Below, piece by piece: positions 63,680-64,000 of a stretch of DNA of 64,000 nucleotides. This DNA comes from Podarcis erhardii (taxonomy: Eukaryota). The translations under genes and the position numbers were made by a program. The first letter of the stretch is position 1, and every line of letters starts with the position of its first letter. The notes under the pieces were generated by a model. The model made no database searches and was not told the origin of the DNA. It worked only from the letters and a program-made list of their open reading frames with translations. Location: NCBI GenBank assembly GCA_964252035.1, contig OZ176201.1; one strand, given 5' to 3'.

Positions 63680-64000
63680 ATGGAAGTGAGAGCTGGACCA
63701 TAAAGAAGGCTGATCGCCAAAGAATTGATGCTTTTGAATTATGGTGCTGGAAGAGACTCTTGAGAGTCCCATGGACTGCAAGAAGATCAAATGCATCCAT
63801 TCTTAAGGAAATTAGCCCTGAGTGCTTACTGGAAGGACAGATTGTGAAGCTGAGGCTCCAATATTTGGCCACCTCATGAGAAGAGAAGACTCCCTAGAAA
63901 AGACCCTGATGTTGGGAAAGATGGAGGGCACAAGGAGAAGGGGACGACAGAGGATGAGATGCTTGGACAGTGTTCTCGAAGCTACAAACATGAGTCTGAC
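63680..64000 (+). mobile_element. BovB/RTE RT C-terminal fragment running off the window
   Basis: Near-identical to 53236-53500 and 13900-14120. Confidence 0.85.

Noticed and set aside
50002-64000. Upstream IQSEC1 exons (MACRRRY-type, SSLETGSSLSTDRY, long-isoform coiled coil)
   Set aside because: Looked for by eye and not found. They probably lie beyond the right edge of the window.

Overview
Eukaryotic (vertebrate) genomic DNA. The repeat content (Sauria-type SINE, BovB/RTE, L2, CR1, Penelope, TA-flanked mariner/Tigger-type MITEs, hAT MITEs) points to a squamate, probably a lacertid lizard; this is an inference. The only host gene I can support is the 5' half of IQSEC1 (BRAG2/GEP100, an IQ-motif and Sec7 ARF-GEF) on the minus strand. 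Five coding exons were read by hand with consistent GT-AG boundaries and phases: 50001-49937 (MWCLHCNSERTQSLLELELDS), 23042-22760, 19053-17792, 4330-4169 and 1433-1311. The gene continues beyond the left edge of the window. A CpG-island promoter lies around 49950-50650. The rest is intron filled with transposon fragments, several nested with clean target-site duplications. Most notable: two minimal type I hammerhead ribozyme motifs inside Penelope-like element ends; two unannotated-looking, phase-compatible candidate alternative first exons of IQSEC1; a solo LTR carrying a 129-aa ORF with an HMGN-like RRSARL motif; and internally deleted (bipartite) BovB and L2 copies. No CRISPR, rRNA or tRNA genes. 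All family assignments come from recalled consensus features, not database searches.
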